A stretch of DNA of 64,000 bases from Callorhinchus milii (lineage: Eukaryota), in contig NW_024704742.1 in the NCBI RefSeq assembly GCF_018977255.1, forward strand, positions 21,702,001-21,766,000. Reading direction: 5' to 3'. The notes beneath the pieces are model-generated. The model worked only from the letters and a program-made list of their open reading frames with translations. It did not search any database and was not told the origin of the DNA. Position 1 is the stretch's first letter; every line of letters starts with the position of its first letter. Made by a program: the position numbers and the translations under genes. Shown in pieces: positions 38,263 to 51,226 of the stretch.

Positions 38263-40595
38263 ATGTTGTTGTGGGATGGAGAGTCCAGTATTTTTTTTAG
38301 CCATTATTGCACTAAATTAGGTTCACAATACTTTTTGGTTTTGTTCTATTATATAATTGTAGGAAGTTTACCACAAAGTGATTAACTACAGTAACAAAAG
38401 AGTATCTTAACAATAATAAACTGCTTTTTATGTAAAAACAAACGTCTTAAAGGACTTTACAATGTATAATTGATTAGAGGTGAATTGAATATTATACAAC
38501 AACAACAACAAAATTACATTTGTATAGTGCCTTTCACGTCGGGAGGATGTCCCAAGGTGCTGAAAAAAGAAGTCAGGGGTCACCCGGATATGAACTAAGG
38601 CCCTCTTGACACAGACAAATATGCGACACCTTTCTGGACCAGGAATGTCCCATAAACAACAATCAGTTGAGCGGCCAATTCATTTGAACATTTGAGGGTT
38701 ACATTTGAATTAGGAGGGGCATATAAACAATAAAAAATTACCGACATGGACAAGTTATGCCAAATAGCCTATTTCTATGGTGTATAATTCTATGAAAAAA
38801 TGGAAGCAAATCTCTGAGTTTCTTTTTAATAGCACTGATAGGGATGTCACTTGACTACCACTTGAATCATAGGATAGCGGAAATGAAAATTAATAACACA
38901 ATTAAATAATGCTGGATGATTATCTAGAATTAAAGAATAAAATTATACATAATATCATTATGCTTTTGAGTACTGCAGCATGAGTACTGCAGTACTCAAT
39001 GGCATAATAGAACTGCAAGTTCTTGTGGATCCCATAAAACCCATAAGGGTATAGGCAGGACCACCTGAATTATATGGCTACAGCTCAGGTCCTGCAGTTT
39101 CCTTCTGCTTTGCAAACGAACTCCATTTTCACTCTTTCACTGTCCACTAGTTAAGCCATTACTTTGTTACTTGGACAATTCTGCCTGGACATTGCCAAGT
39201 TGGAGCTTTACTCCTTTAAAAACAATTAGCTCTAAATGACAAGCTAAATGAAAAGCAAAGCTTGGAACATACAATGCTTCGTTCCGAAACATAATTATAA
39301 AGCTCAAGTTTGGTGCATAGCATTTAGTGCACATCTAAGCTGTAATAAGTTAAACCAGCCCAGTCTGAAGATGTAAGCAACTGCAAACTCATTATGTCCC
39401 AACATATCACTTGAGCAATGCATCCTCAGGTATGCCTTTAAGTAAAGAATTTTGAGTGAAGAAAGAAAATGCCAACAATAAAGAGCAGTACACCAACATC
39501 AAGGATCAAAGCCCACTTTCAAAGACACTTAGTATTTCATTGAAATCCTTTTGTTTCATTGTCTCAAACCCTTTCCATTCTTGGCTTAAACTCTCAAAGT
39601 AACAAATAGCATTCATCCTTATTGCTTTGTAAATGAGCCTAAACGTTCCTCTCATCAATACAAGTTTGTGTGGCGGAATCCTGGCAGTTTATAAGTAGTT
39701 TAAAATGTAAGGGAAAATAGGATCACAATGTTAATGGGCAATAGATGTGAGCATTATTTGGCTAAGTACAAATAGCTGCCGCATTTAACCACAAAACTCA
39801 AATTTGTAAAGCATTTTGAGAGGTTCCAATGTGATAGAATTGCAAATGCAAGAATTATTAGCACATCTCAGACTTTATATTTCAAACGAGGTGAAAAATG
39901 GGGGAGCTCTGTGCAGAGGCTAATAATAATAATCCTTTATTTTATATATTGCCTTATCACGTTGAATAGTTGAAATGTTTCAGGATTTCCAGTGAAGTAT
40001 ACTGTACATTTTTGTAAGCGAATGTGGAAGCCAATTTGCACACAGCATTGTCCAACAAAAAGACATGAAGTGAATGACCAATTTTTCATCTGGGGGACTG
40101 GTGGCCAGAACTAGGAGAAACTCCTTTATCTCAATCAAGTAGAGTAATCTTGTTATGGAGCTAGCGGGCAATATTTGGAATGGTCTAAGGCTTGAGGATA
40201 CATTGGTGCAGACGTGGTGCAGGCCTTTACTTTTGTAACAATCCCTGAGAAACACTCTGCTAACCGCAAAACCATCTGAACATTTAAATGAACATCAAGA
40301 CTTCCTTGTGACCTGCAAAGACCAACTGATTTTCACAACGCCCTCAAGCCATACCAATAAAACCCACTGCTCACCACCTGACTGAATAATACAACTACTT
40401 GCAGCAAAACCTTAGTATTCTACGCCCAGTGGAAAGCAACCATGAGGCCATTGGGCTGTAGATTTACACCTGCAAGAAAGTGATGTTTATTGAAACAATT
40501 TATTTAACTTACTGAGAAATAATTGGCACAAAATATCATGAAATTGGTGACTTTAAATATTTATACCAGCTGTATTGAAACTCTGCAGGTCCCTT

Positions 40596-40987
40596 GGAGC
40601 CCTGTAGCTTAGTGGATAGAGCACTTGCCTCGCAAGAGAGAGGATCTGGGTTTGATTGCCGGGCAGGGGGAAACGTTTGGCAAGTTTCCTTAATCCACAC
40701 GCTTCTCTTCACCTAGCAGTAAGTAGGAACCGGTTGTTAGTTAATTGGCGGATCACTTTTCCAGAGGTAACAATCCCTTAAAAAAAGTTTCAAAATAATA
40801 ATAATAATTTGGTCACTTAATCCACAACAGTTTGTGGGATACTGCTGTGCGCAATTAGTTACCACTTTTTACCCACAAAACATACAGTCAATTTCACTTT
40901 ACAGTATATTCTCTGAAGCATTTTGAGACATCTAGTAGATGTGATAAGGCACTATACCAAAAATTGCAAGGATTATTATTATTATTA
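40596..40987 (+). mobile_element. tRNA-derived SINE, long subfamily
   Basis: Same head, body and tail as the 28189 copy; ends about 45 nt before the exon 3 acceptor. Confidence 0.88.
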
Positions 40988-41033
40988 TGTGAGCCTTCAA
41001 TTCATTTCATATTGTTTTTTATTTAACTTGTAG

Positions 41034-41126
41034 CTCAATGTTATAAACCATGTAAACATGGAATATGCACTGGTCCGAATCTCTGCACATGCTTTAAAGG
41101 ATTCAAGGGAAAGTACTGCGACGCAG
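41034..41126 (+). CDS. Nephronectin/EGFL6-like gene exon 3 (EGF1)
   Basis: ttgtag| ... G|gtaaac; 93 nt, phase 1-1. (P)QCYKPCKHGICTGPNLCTCFKGFKGKYCDA resembles NPNT [31 protein letters not shown]. Confidence 0.92.
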
Positions 41127-41724
41127 GTAAACTATTTTACTAAATATCCCTTACTGTCTTTGTTTTATTTCCAAAGAGAAGGGGATTAGGAACAAGAAGA
41201 GACCATTCAGCCCATCAAAGCTGTTCAGACAGTTTATTAGATCATGACAGATCTTTTATTCCCACTTTTCCCACATATCCGTTAATACACTTAGTTCCCA
41301 TCACCACGCTCAATAGTATCCAAACCAGGCTGAGAGTTCCACATATGTATGCCACCTACACACAAACATTTCCCTGTGCCTGGAATGCGATGTGCACTCT
41401 CTCTCTGGAGGATCACATAATTCTGGAGAGTATTAGAGGTAGGTTGGCTAGAACAAAGATTGAAACCCCAGATTGTGCATTGGCTTCTGCCTTTTGCACA
41501 TCTCTCATCACCTCTGCTCAACCATCACTGGTCATGCTTTCAGCCAGAACACCCCAAAACTATGGAGCTCACTACCTCAAATCCGTCGTCGTTCCCCCCC
41601 TTTAATATTACTTTTAAATAAGATGGTGTTGTTGGTGGTACTAGATATGGAACACAATTATTTTTACAATTAAATAGTAAAGCAAATAATACTTGCATTT
41701 ATTGTTATATCACAACAGTGTTTT

Positions 41725-42041
41725 ATAATAATAATAATAATAATCCTTGCATTTGATATAGCGCTTTTCACGTCGGGAGGACATCCCAAAGCACTTCACA
41801 GAACACACTGTAAAGTGAATTGACTGTATATTTGTGGGCGAACGTGGCAGCCAATTGCGCACAGCAATGTCCCACAAACAATCATGGATTGAAAATGACC
41901 AATTTATTATTGTTTTTGGAGGGATTATTATTAGGCGTGTGGAGTAAGGAAACTTGCCCAAGGTTTCGCCCTCTGCCTGGAATTGAACTCAGGTCTCTCG
42001 CTTGCAAAGCGAGTGCTCTATCCACTGAGCTACAGGACTCC
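41725..42041 (-). mobile_element. tRNA-derived SINE, short (young) subfamily
   Basis: Very similar to the copies at 46705-47015 and 56032-56354. Confidence 0.9.
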
Positions 42042-42044
42042 ACA

Positions 42045-42630
42045 GCCATAGGACTCTTCATCTTTTGGATGAAGAAGGCCCTTTGGTCCATTTGACCTCA
42101 TCTTTCTAGAATTCCAACCCGACCATCCTTCCATCACACCATCAAGCTTTTTTTAAAATGAATCCAGCAATCCAACCTCAACCACCCTTCTTGGTAACCT
42201 GTTCCAGCTGTTAATTACCCTCCAGGTAAATAAATACTTCCTCATCCTCTGTCTTAAAATTGCCCTTTAAAATATTAAACCTCTGTTCTCTTGTTCTTCT
42301 GTCCTGGCAATGCCAAAAGGGTTGTTTTGAGTTTAATTTCTCATTCCCATTTAAAATCTTGTATACCTCTATAGAGAAGTCCTCTGCGATGTCTCTCTTC
42401 AAGACTAAAGAGCCCCAGTGTGTCTAATTGTTGCTCCTAGCTCATTCCTCTTAACACTGGCGATCATCCTCGTTGCTCTCCTCTGTACTGCCTTATGTTA
42501 AGGTGACTAGAACTGTGTACAACAACAACAAGATTACATTTGTATAGCGCCTTTCACGTCGGGAGGACGTCCCAAGGCGATGAAATACTCAATACTAAAA
42601 ATAAAAGTGTACAATACTCCAGGTGCAGCC
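42045..42630 (-). mobile_element. CR1 LINE fragment, degenerate
   Basis: Minus-strand IEVYKILNG...RTREQRFNILKGNFKT. Confidence 0.75.
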
Positions 42631-45235
42631 ACATCAAACTTTTCAAAGCATTTCAGGCAATATATTTGTCACAATATGAACTGGCAACCCTCAGGAAGTC
42701 CACTCAGTCTCCTACCAGTGCCAGAAACCTCCTTTGGCCACAATCCAATGTCATAGAAATCAAAATTGATATTGCCTTAAATTGTTGCACCACACCCACT
42801 CTACCCAGCCTGCCAATATTTCTGCATATTGAAAGCAATTCAAGGCCATGGGATAATTTTTTCCTGCTGAAAATCTTACGAAAAGTTTTCAACATAGCGT
42901 CTGCTGGTAGGGTGCTGTTGAAATATAATTGGGAAGAAGACAGTGGAAGGGGAAGAAGTTACACAGGATTCAGTGCTAAAGGTGTGACCTGCTTCAGAGG
43001 CAGAAATGCTATATACCAGTTCATGAAGGAAGTGTCACAAATGCAGATTTTATAACCTTTCCCTGGAATGTTATTTTCTTAGAGATAAATATCGGAAAAT
43101 GACATTGGGAAAAGGTAGGAGCATGGGTTAGTTAAATGGCTTGCTCTTTCTGAGAGCCAGCGCAGGCATAATGGGCCGAATGGCCTCCTTCTGTGCAATA
43201 AATATCTATAGTTCAATGCGTTCAATTTATTTTATATTTCAATGGTTTCCTAAGGAAAGTCCTAAGTATTCTGACCCATGAACTGTTCTGCCATGGCAAA
43301 AGCTGCAACATAACTTGGAACAAATGGTGAATTACAGTTTCCCTGTTGCCACTTGTAGCTCATTACATATAAAGTAGCATATCCGTGGCAACTCGTTTGC
43401 CTCGCAGCAATTATTTAACTATGCTCTCGGTCATGAAAGTGTTAACCGTCCTTGTGCAAGTACTCAAACACAAGTGGTCAAAATAAAGGTCACAGTATTC
43501 TTTAATTTGGAAAAGGGCAAAGTCTTTAGTGCAATTTATGATAGCATTGTTTAAAAATGATTTTGTAGATATAGTATTTATCTTCAATTGCTCTAAAGAG
43601 CCAAAGGTTTACAACAGAAGGGAACAGCATGATGAAAGGCTCCTTGATGTAGACACAGTGAATGTAGTTAATATGCAACTTATGCACATGTGTGAAAAGC
43701 CTGTGTTTGAGAAGACACCTCTAACTCCAGAATCACTGGGAGCAAGGATGCTTCCCACTGCAGGCAAAGTCGTAACAGGTAGCGTGGTTCCAACTGGACA
43801 AGTAGCTGGAGGTTTGTCAGAAAGCACTCTAGTGGCAAGCTATGTGGTTTAAGCTGGTTAAGATCCAGCAATATTCCAACACACATTTTGATGTCCCCAA
43901 ACCTTGGGTCTCACTAAACTGTACTTAATACTTTGAGGAATTAGGTTATCAGGATGTGTCCCTCCAGGGAGAGAGTGTATATTTCATTCCAAGCTTAGGG
44001 AGATTTATTTGTGCTATATTTAAGAAAATGTCAGTCTGGTTTGATTCCTCTCAAGCATGGTGATGGGTTTCCCTGTGTGACTGACCAAAAACAAATGCTA
44101 GAATTATTGCATAAAAGGGTGCCCAAAACCTCTCATTGGGGGGGGTGTCAAACAAAGCAATGTCCGAAGGGATTTCTTAAACAAGGAATCGTGAAGTGCA
44201 TCAGAACCAAATCATGGGAACTCCCTACAGTTCATTCCATTTTAGGAGTAGACATTCCAGGACCCAAAGTGAGATGCGTCTTATTGAGTGCAGGAATCCC
44301 CACTCGGATTCCTTGGTTGAGGAATCCCAATTAAAATCAGTGTGTTTTAGTCTCATATCACCCAATATCAAATAAACTTTGACTGTGTGACTGCAGTATT
44401 TATATACTGTATACATTAGAACTCTACTGTGAGGCACCCCCCTATAGAGCCAATTTACTTACAAAGCAAATGCTTTGCGGACCCGCAGTTTGTTTGGGTG
44501 CAGACCGACCAGCTAAAAAAGATGGTCGACTTCCAGCTCATCAGATCCCTGCCAACATCACTTCCTGCCACCTGTGCTTTTTTTTAAAAAAAGCAGGAAA
44601 CCTGCTGCGCATAGAGTAGAGTAAATGGTGTGATGTAGACTGTGACCTGGTGACCCGGAAATCAGCCATATTTAGTACAGGAAGATGCCCAGCGACTCTT
44701 GATCATGCCCCATCATAAGGCAGTTGGAATGTTATGGACCCCATTTACTGCCTAATAACAGGGTGTTACTGTATACCTATATATCGTGGACTTGAAATTA
44801 AGCAGTGGTAATATTTCAATAGTTGTAACAACGTGAAAAATGTTGGTTAAGTCTATGTCAGTTTTTTTCTGCCAATTTTTTTTACTCTTATTTTCTCTTC
44901 TCCTGAAGCAGTTTTGGCTCCAATTTCCATCACCCAAGTTGCCAATAATTCCGTGCGAGCCTTGACAGTGAGTGCTGACAGGCTACTTGGACCATAACAG
45001 GCATGAGAGCCAACATCATCCAGCCTGCTCAGCTTGCAAGCTGATTTTGAATATGGATGGCGTAACTAAACACATGGCTTTGTCTTTGGCGTCAATTGAA
45101 TTTTCCTTCATTAAATTGGGAACTTTTGCTTATGAAAACTATACAGAATACAGATAAAAGTAGACAGTGAACATAATACTTGTCCTTAAGAAGCTCTCCC
45201 AATATATTTTTAGGGAGTNAAAAAATACTCTTATA

Positions 45236-45412
45236 CAGTCAAACCTGTTAAGCAACCATCTCCATTCAGCCACCACCTCCTGTTAGCAACAACCCTAGAA
45301 CATTTCAGACAGCCCAGTTCGCACACCAAAGGACCCTTATTCAGAGGCCACCCTTATATAATGGCCACTTTGGCGCTATGCCCTGAATGGTTGTTGAAGG
45401 TTGGTTTGACTG
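45236..45412. mobile_element. Tc1/mariner (Tigger/pogo-like) MITE
   Basis: TA|CAGTCAAACC ... GGTTTGACTG|TA: 10-bp perfect terminal inverted repeats, TA target site, internal repeated CAACCA/GCCACC motifs. Confidence 0.8.
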
Positions 45413-46704
45413 TATAAGTATTTGTCTACAATTTACCTATAAAATACAGAAAATACTTTAAATCCCATGAAGCACTTGCAGATATTCCCCTGAGGTGAAA
45501 GTCACTCTATCAAATGCAAGAATTATTATTATTATTATTGTAGCTATGATATAGACACCACTTTAAAACAGTGCACAATTCGCCATTGCCATGATTGTGC
45601 ACACTGTCTGGGGAAAATAAAATTGGTGGCTCAGAGAACCCAGTGGATTTGCTTGTTACTACAACAACTTGCATTTATTCAGCGCTTTTCATGCGGGGAG
45701 GTGTTTAGCAGCGGTGGAGCCTGGCGCTGAGCTAGGGGGAGGTGATCGTAAGCACTTACTCTTTATCTACTCATCTGGGTCCACATTAGTTCCCCTTTCT
45801 CTTAGCAGCTGCCAGTTAAGCACTCCAAGACACTGTCTGGCATGAAAGGCGCTTGTTGTTGTTGAGAATTCTGCTTTTGGTTTCACCTTCTTTCCCAATC
45901 CTTTCCTGTGGGCGATCTTCTTCTTTGCCAACCACCAAGTCATTCAGATGATTCTTGCAGTTCTTTGGGCCCCTTTATGGTTTGTAAGATCCCAGTGCTT
46001 TTTAGGGCGATCAGTCCCAGTCTCCTGGCCAACAATCCTACTCGATAAATCAATCAATCACCTCTAAGATGTTTGTGGAATTTTTACTGTCTAGAAAATT
46101 GTTCCAGTGTTTGCCTACAAAAACAGTCCCTACACTTGACAGCAATCATTTTAAAGCTCTCTGAGACACTTCACACACGATAAGGCACTACAAAGAGGCA
46201 AGTTCGTTCTTGAACCTTTCTGGGCACACAAATGGAAGTTGACATGGATATTTGTTCAGTCCTTGATACATTCCTGCAAACAGTATGGAACAATGGGATT
46301 CAATTAGTCAGCTGTTCCCTGAAGCATAGAGCACTTTTGAACTGATAAAATAAGCAGGTAGTTTGTCAACATTAACCCTTAGTAACAGCTAGACATTCGT
46401 ATTTATAACTGAGTCACTAAAACCAAATGTAACGGTGTTTGTTTCCTGCCATTGCTCTCACTGGGTCTCTTTGTGCTTTTTCAGTATTATCCAGACCCTA
46501 AGGAGGAAGGAGATGATTTTGTCCTAATCTTCATGTAGCCAGTTTATAGAAGTGGTGTTAGACCAGAGAAGATCACCATCGGCCTAAATGCGTTAGTTTG
46601 AGCTGATTTTTTTGAGCTGACATTGATTTTTTCCTCTCGAGTGGAGAGGTACTTGGGCTTAGGTTCTGCTCAATGCCAACTTATGATACACATGTGAAAT
46701 CTAC

Positions 46705-47015
46705 AATAATAATAATAATAATCCTTGCATTTGACATAGCGCTTTTCACATCTTCTAGACGTCCCAAAGCGCTTCACAGAATATACTGTAAAGTGAATTA
46801 ACTGTATATTTGTGGGCGAACGCGGCAGTCAATTCCGCACAGCAGTGTCCCACAAACAGTCATGGATTGAAAATTACCAATTTATTATTTTTTTGGAAGG
46901 ATTATTATTAGGCGTGTGGAGTAAGGAAACTTGCCCAAGGTTTCGCCCTCTGCCTGGAATTGAACTCAGGTCTCTCACTTGCAAAGCAAGTGCTCTAACC
47001 ACTGAGCTACAGGAC
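46705..47015 (-). mobile_element. tRNA-derived SINE, short (young) subfamily
   Basis: Near-identical to the 41725-42041 copy. Confidence 0.9.
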
Positions 47016-47081
47016 AACTCTCCATCTGAAACTCTGTAGTTGTGTGGCACATCACACCTCTGTAATAGGGTCATACCAGAT

Positions 47082-47497
47082 CTTGCATTTGACACAGTAC
47101 CTTCATGTCAGAAGGACGTTTCAAAGCGCTACACAGGATTTACTGTAAAGTGTAATAACTGTGAAAGCAGCAAATAATTTACGCACAGCAAAGTCCACAA
47201 ACAGCCATGAAGTGACTGACTAATTTAATCTGGCCGATTGTTGGACAGGACACTGGGATAAATTCCCATCTCTTTTTAAATAGTGTCATGGGATCTCTAA
47301 CATGCACCTGAACAGGCAGATAGGACTTTGATTTAATGTTTCATCAGTTGGATGATACCTCTGATAATGCAGCACAGCCTCAAGTACTGCATTAGAGTGT
47401 TAGCTTAGACTGTGAATTCAAGTACTGACGTGCTGCTTGAATCCACAGCCTTCTGACTCAGAGACAAGCGTTCTACCAACTGAGCCAGGTTGACACG
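47082..47497 (-). mobile_element. Deu-domain SINE, near full length
   Basis: Head GTGTCAACCTGGCTCAGTTGGTAGAACGCTTGTCTCTGAGTCAGAAGG on minus strand, core and tail. Similar copies at about 47800-48243, 30495-30948, 29115-29435, 11255-11492 and 8300-8620. Confidence 0.8.
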
Positions 47498-47624
47498 TGG
47501 CATCTTTAAAAGGTGAAATTAAATAAAGACTCATTTTTCCTCTAAATGCTGGAGGTTGTAAAATGAAACAAATGCTCACTACGAGGTCCTGTATTAAAAA
47601 GTCATGTGATTGCTTTATTTTAAG

Positions 47625-47747
47625 ATATAAATGAATGTGGGCTGATTCCCAGACTCTGTTCCCAACGCTGCATGAACACACATGGAGCCTATCGCTGCTA
47701 TTGCCGTTATGGTTACCAGATGAGTCCTGATGGGAAGACCTGCTCCA
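47625..47747 (+). CDS. Nephronectin/EGFL6-like gene exon 4 (calcium-binding EGF2)
   Basis: ttattttaag| ... A|gtaagc; 123 nt. (D)[40 protein letters not shown] resembles NPNT [40 protein letters not shown]. Confidence 0.93.
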
Positions 47748-49411
47748 GTAAGCTGACATTTCTTTGGTTAATAGTTCCTATTTCTATGTAACAATAATAA
47801 AATAATCCTGATAATCTTTGCATTTAATACAGCAACTTTTACATCAGGAGGTCTCCTCAGAGCATTTTAAAGGATTCACTGTGAAGTGTAGTGACTGTGT
47901 ATTTTGTGGGTGAACGCAACAACCAATTTGCTCACAAAATATCCCACGAACAGCCATAAAGTTAATGACCAATTTTTAACTGGAGGAATGTTGGCCAGGA
48001 CACTGGAAGAAACTCCCCTCTCTTTTCAAGTAGTGCCATGGGATCTTTAACGTCAACTGGACAGGCAGACGGGAGCTTGGTTGAACGTTTTCATCCACAG
48101 AATAGTACCTCCAACAATGCAGTGCTCCCCCAGATCTGTGTTGGAATGTCAGCCAGAATTATGAGCTCAAAGACCTGAATTGGGTCTTGAACCCAAAACA
48201 TCTAATTCAGAGATGAGAGCACTGCCAACTGAGCCAGGTTGATAAATTTCCTCTTCCCAGCTTCAGTCTGCTGCCCTGGGGGCATCTGCTAGTGAAAGGG
48301 TGCAAAAGGGGGAAGAGACGGGAACTTCTTCCAGAAGAACATCAATGCCTTTTGCTGTAGATAACTATCAGGAGGGGCTGGGCACTGTCCAGACATTACT
48401 ACCCTCTGATTTTCCTAACCCCCTCAGCAAACCATTGCTTCACTCACACTCAGTGCAGCTCCAAACAAACCTACATTCATCCTTCACTTCGACCTGTTAA
48501 GTTAGTGTTCTATCGCCAAGTACAATCCCACGGTCCAGTGGACTGTCCGATGGAGCACTAAAACACCCTAGAATCTAAACTAAAACATCGTAGAATCTAT
48601 ATCAAATGCAAGGATTATCATTATTAATATAACTATGATGGCAACACTAAAGGGATGAGTGTAGGTTTGAGCAGAGTTGCACTGAGCGAAGAAATTATTT
48701 TTTACAGCTTTGGGAATTTTTTTTAATGAAAATGTTGATATTTGTTAAAAAAAAGTAGTCACAGAACATGTCGAGAGAACTGAAGCCTTGTGTTAAAAAC
48801 AGGCGTTGATTTTGACATCAGATCCAAGGGCCACAAAGTAGGAGACTTTAGTGACAGCATGTGCTTGTCACACTGTGCCCTGGAGTGCTGAGGATGGATT
48901 TAAACCCTGCATTCTCAAGGAGACCACCTAGGCTCAGCCAAGCCCTGATGAAAGCAAAGGGCAAAGCTAGCGACTCCGTGCCATTCTTACAGCTCTCTGA
49001 TTTGCAAAAGTCCTTTTAAGTACTTTGGAAACAAATATGCAACCACCATAGTTTTACATAAGAAAACTGGAACAACAGAAATTAAGCCCTTTGAGCCTAT
49101 TCTACCAACTGGCCTTTGAGAATCATATTGTCTCATCTAAACACAGGTGCAGCATGTGGCATTCCAGCATTCTGGACATTAGCAGTGTTTGCGGTTTCCT
49201 ATTCCAAAATTGTCCGAGATTCTACTGAAATATTGACGGTTGTGAATCGCTGATAGGTGGAGTGCAAAAGTAACAATATGCACAGTTCAAGTACATGGCT
49301 TTGCATGTGAGCTTGGCATCATACCAGATTTTTCAAAATACAAGTCTTTTAAGTCACACATGGATACGTTTGCGGGTGTGTTTTTTTAAGTGTGATACCC
49401 TTTCCTTGCAG

Positions 49412-49531
49412 AAACAAACTCATGTTCTCGAGCCTGGTGTCAGTACAGCTGCCGGCAGCTGGTGAATGGAGGAGCTCACTGCTTATGTCCCAGAGGTCTC
49501 CAGCTGGCTTCAGATGACAGAACATGTGAAG
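49412..49531 (+). CDS. Nephronectin/EGFL6-like gene exon 5 (EGF3)
   Basis: tttccttgcag| ... G|gtgagc; 120 nt. (K)TNSCSRAWCQYSCRQLVNGGAHCLCPRGLQLASDDRTCE resembles NPNT CSMANCQYGC...CQCPSPGLQLAPDGRTCV. Confidence 0.93.
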
Positions 49532-50289
49532 GTGAGCCTTGGACTAGTCTGTCAGCACAGTCAAGCCTAGTCAACTTCATCAAAAAAACTCCACATCCAG
49601 GAATCATCGCTGATTGTTTTCGCTAACATGAAATTTTATTCCTGGTAATCTGTTTTTACACCACAAGTTTGACTCCAGGGGCAAAACCTTAGGGAAGTTC
49701 CTTTACTCCACATGCCTGTTTACCTAGCCGTAAGTTGTTAGTCATTTGGTGGATCGCTTTTGGAGATAATAATCCCTTAATAAAAAAATAGTAATAATTT
49801 GGTCACTCAATCCATGACTGTTTGTGGGACACTGCTATGTGCAATTGACTGTGTTTCACCCACAAAAAAATATACAGTCAATTCACTTTACAGTATATTC
49901 TGTGAAGCACTTTGAGCTGTCTCTTTATCAAAGGCAAGGTTTATTATTATTATATTCTAAAATGGCCAGTTTCACCAAATTCAGATCTCTCAAAACCCCG
50001 CATTGTGCCTCATCTTCTGTTTCCTCCACACACAGGAGGTCCAACCGGGGTGTGAACAATTGCGGAGGTTGAGCAAGTTAACCTGATGATGTTCTTCATT
50101 TGCCACAGGCAATTTTCAGGAATACCAGCTCCTCTTCTGCCCAGACTTTGGGATTCCAGAACTGAAACGTACAAGTGGTTCTGTACAACCCAGTTATTGC
50201 ATACCCCAATATACTGAGCTAATATGCTTGGTGAGTAAGGATGTACAGGAAGGACAGAGAAATAGAATTAAAGAATGTTCCTATAGACT

Positions 50290-51010
50290 TAATGGCAGAG
50301 CTTGGATGCGCACCACCTCAGTGAGCCTTGGCATGTCATAACCCACTCTGCCTTCCCCCATCTCCGCAACACCGCCCGGCTCCGCCACTGCCTCTCCCCT
50401 CAGGGCACCAAAACCCTCATCCATGCATTTAACACATCTACGTTCGACCACGCCAACTCCCTGCTTATCGGCCTTCCAAACTCTTCCCTCCATGAGCTGC
50501 AGATCAGCCAGAACTCTGCAGCTTGTGTCCTCTCCCGCACCAGGCTCCATGACCCTATCACCCCCACCTCTGCCTGGCTCTACTGGTTCCCCATCCCCCA
50601 GAGGATAGTTCAAAATCCTTGTCCTCACCTTCAAAGCCCTCCACAGGCCTTGCTCCTTTCTAAGTCTGGGGCCTGCTAACCCCATATCAACTTGTCCGCT
50701 CCCTCCACTCAGCAGGCTCCAGCCTGCTCCATTCCCCTCCCCAGACCGTCCCCACCATCAGCAATTGGGCCTTCAGCCTCCCTTCCCCCACCCTTTGGAA
50801 CTCCATCCCACAGGCTCTTCGCCTTGCTCCATCCCTTGCCTCCTTCAAGGCACGGCTTAATATCCTCCTCTTCGACCGTGCCTTCGGCCATCCTCCTACC
50901 CTTCACCCCCCAAGATCCCAAACCCTGCTCAGGTCAAAATCCCTGACTGTCCAGCACCTTGGGATGTCCTTCTGACGTGAAAGACAATATACAAATGTAA
51001 ATTGTTGTTT
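50290..51010 (+). mobile_element. L2 LINE 3' fragment, degenerate
   Basis: HLRNTARLRHCLSPQGTKTLIHAF...LQISQNSAACVLSRTRLHDPITP, followed by an L2 tail. Confidence 0.9.
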
Positions 51011-51091
51011 CTGTTTTTGCCCAGTAGGCCAATAATCTCTGATTGTTCCTATGTTCAGCGCTTTACATTATTGCTTGCTTTTGTCTTTTAG

Positions 51092-51226
51092 ACATAAACG
51101 AATGTCGAAAAGGAATGGATATGTGTCCCCAAAGCAAAATCTGCAAAAATACTTTTGGAAGCTATTTGTGTGTCTGCAGGGATGGCTTTGTAATTGGAAA
51201 TGAAGATGAGAAAATCAAATGTAGAG
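51092..51226 (+). CDS. Nephronectin/EGFL6-like gene exon 6 (calcium-binding EGF4)
   Basis: gtcttttag| ... G|gtacaa; 135 nt. (D)INECRKGMDMCPQSKICKNTFGSYLCVCRDGFVIGNEDEKIKCR. Confidence 0.92.
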
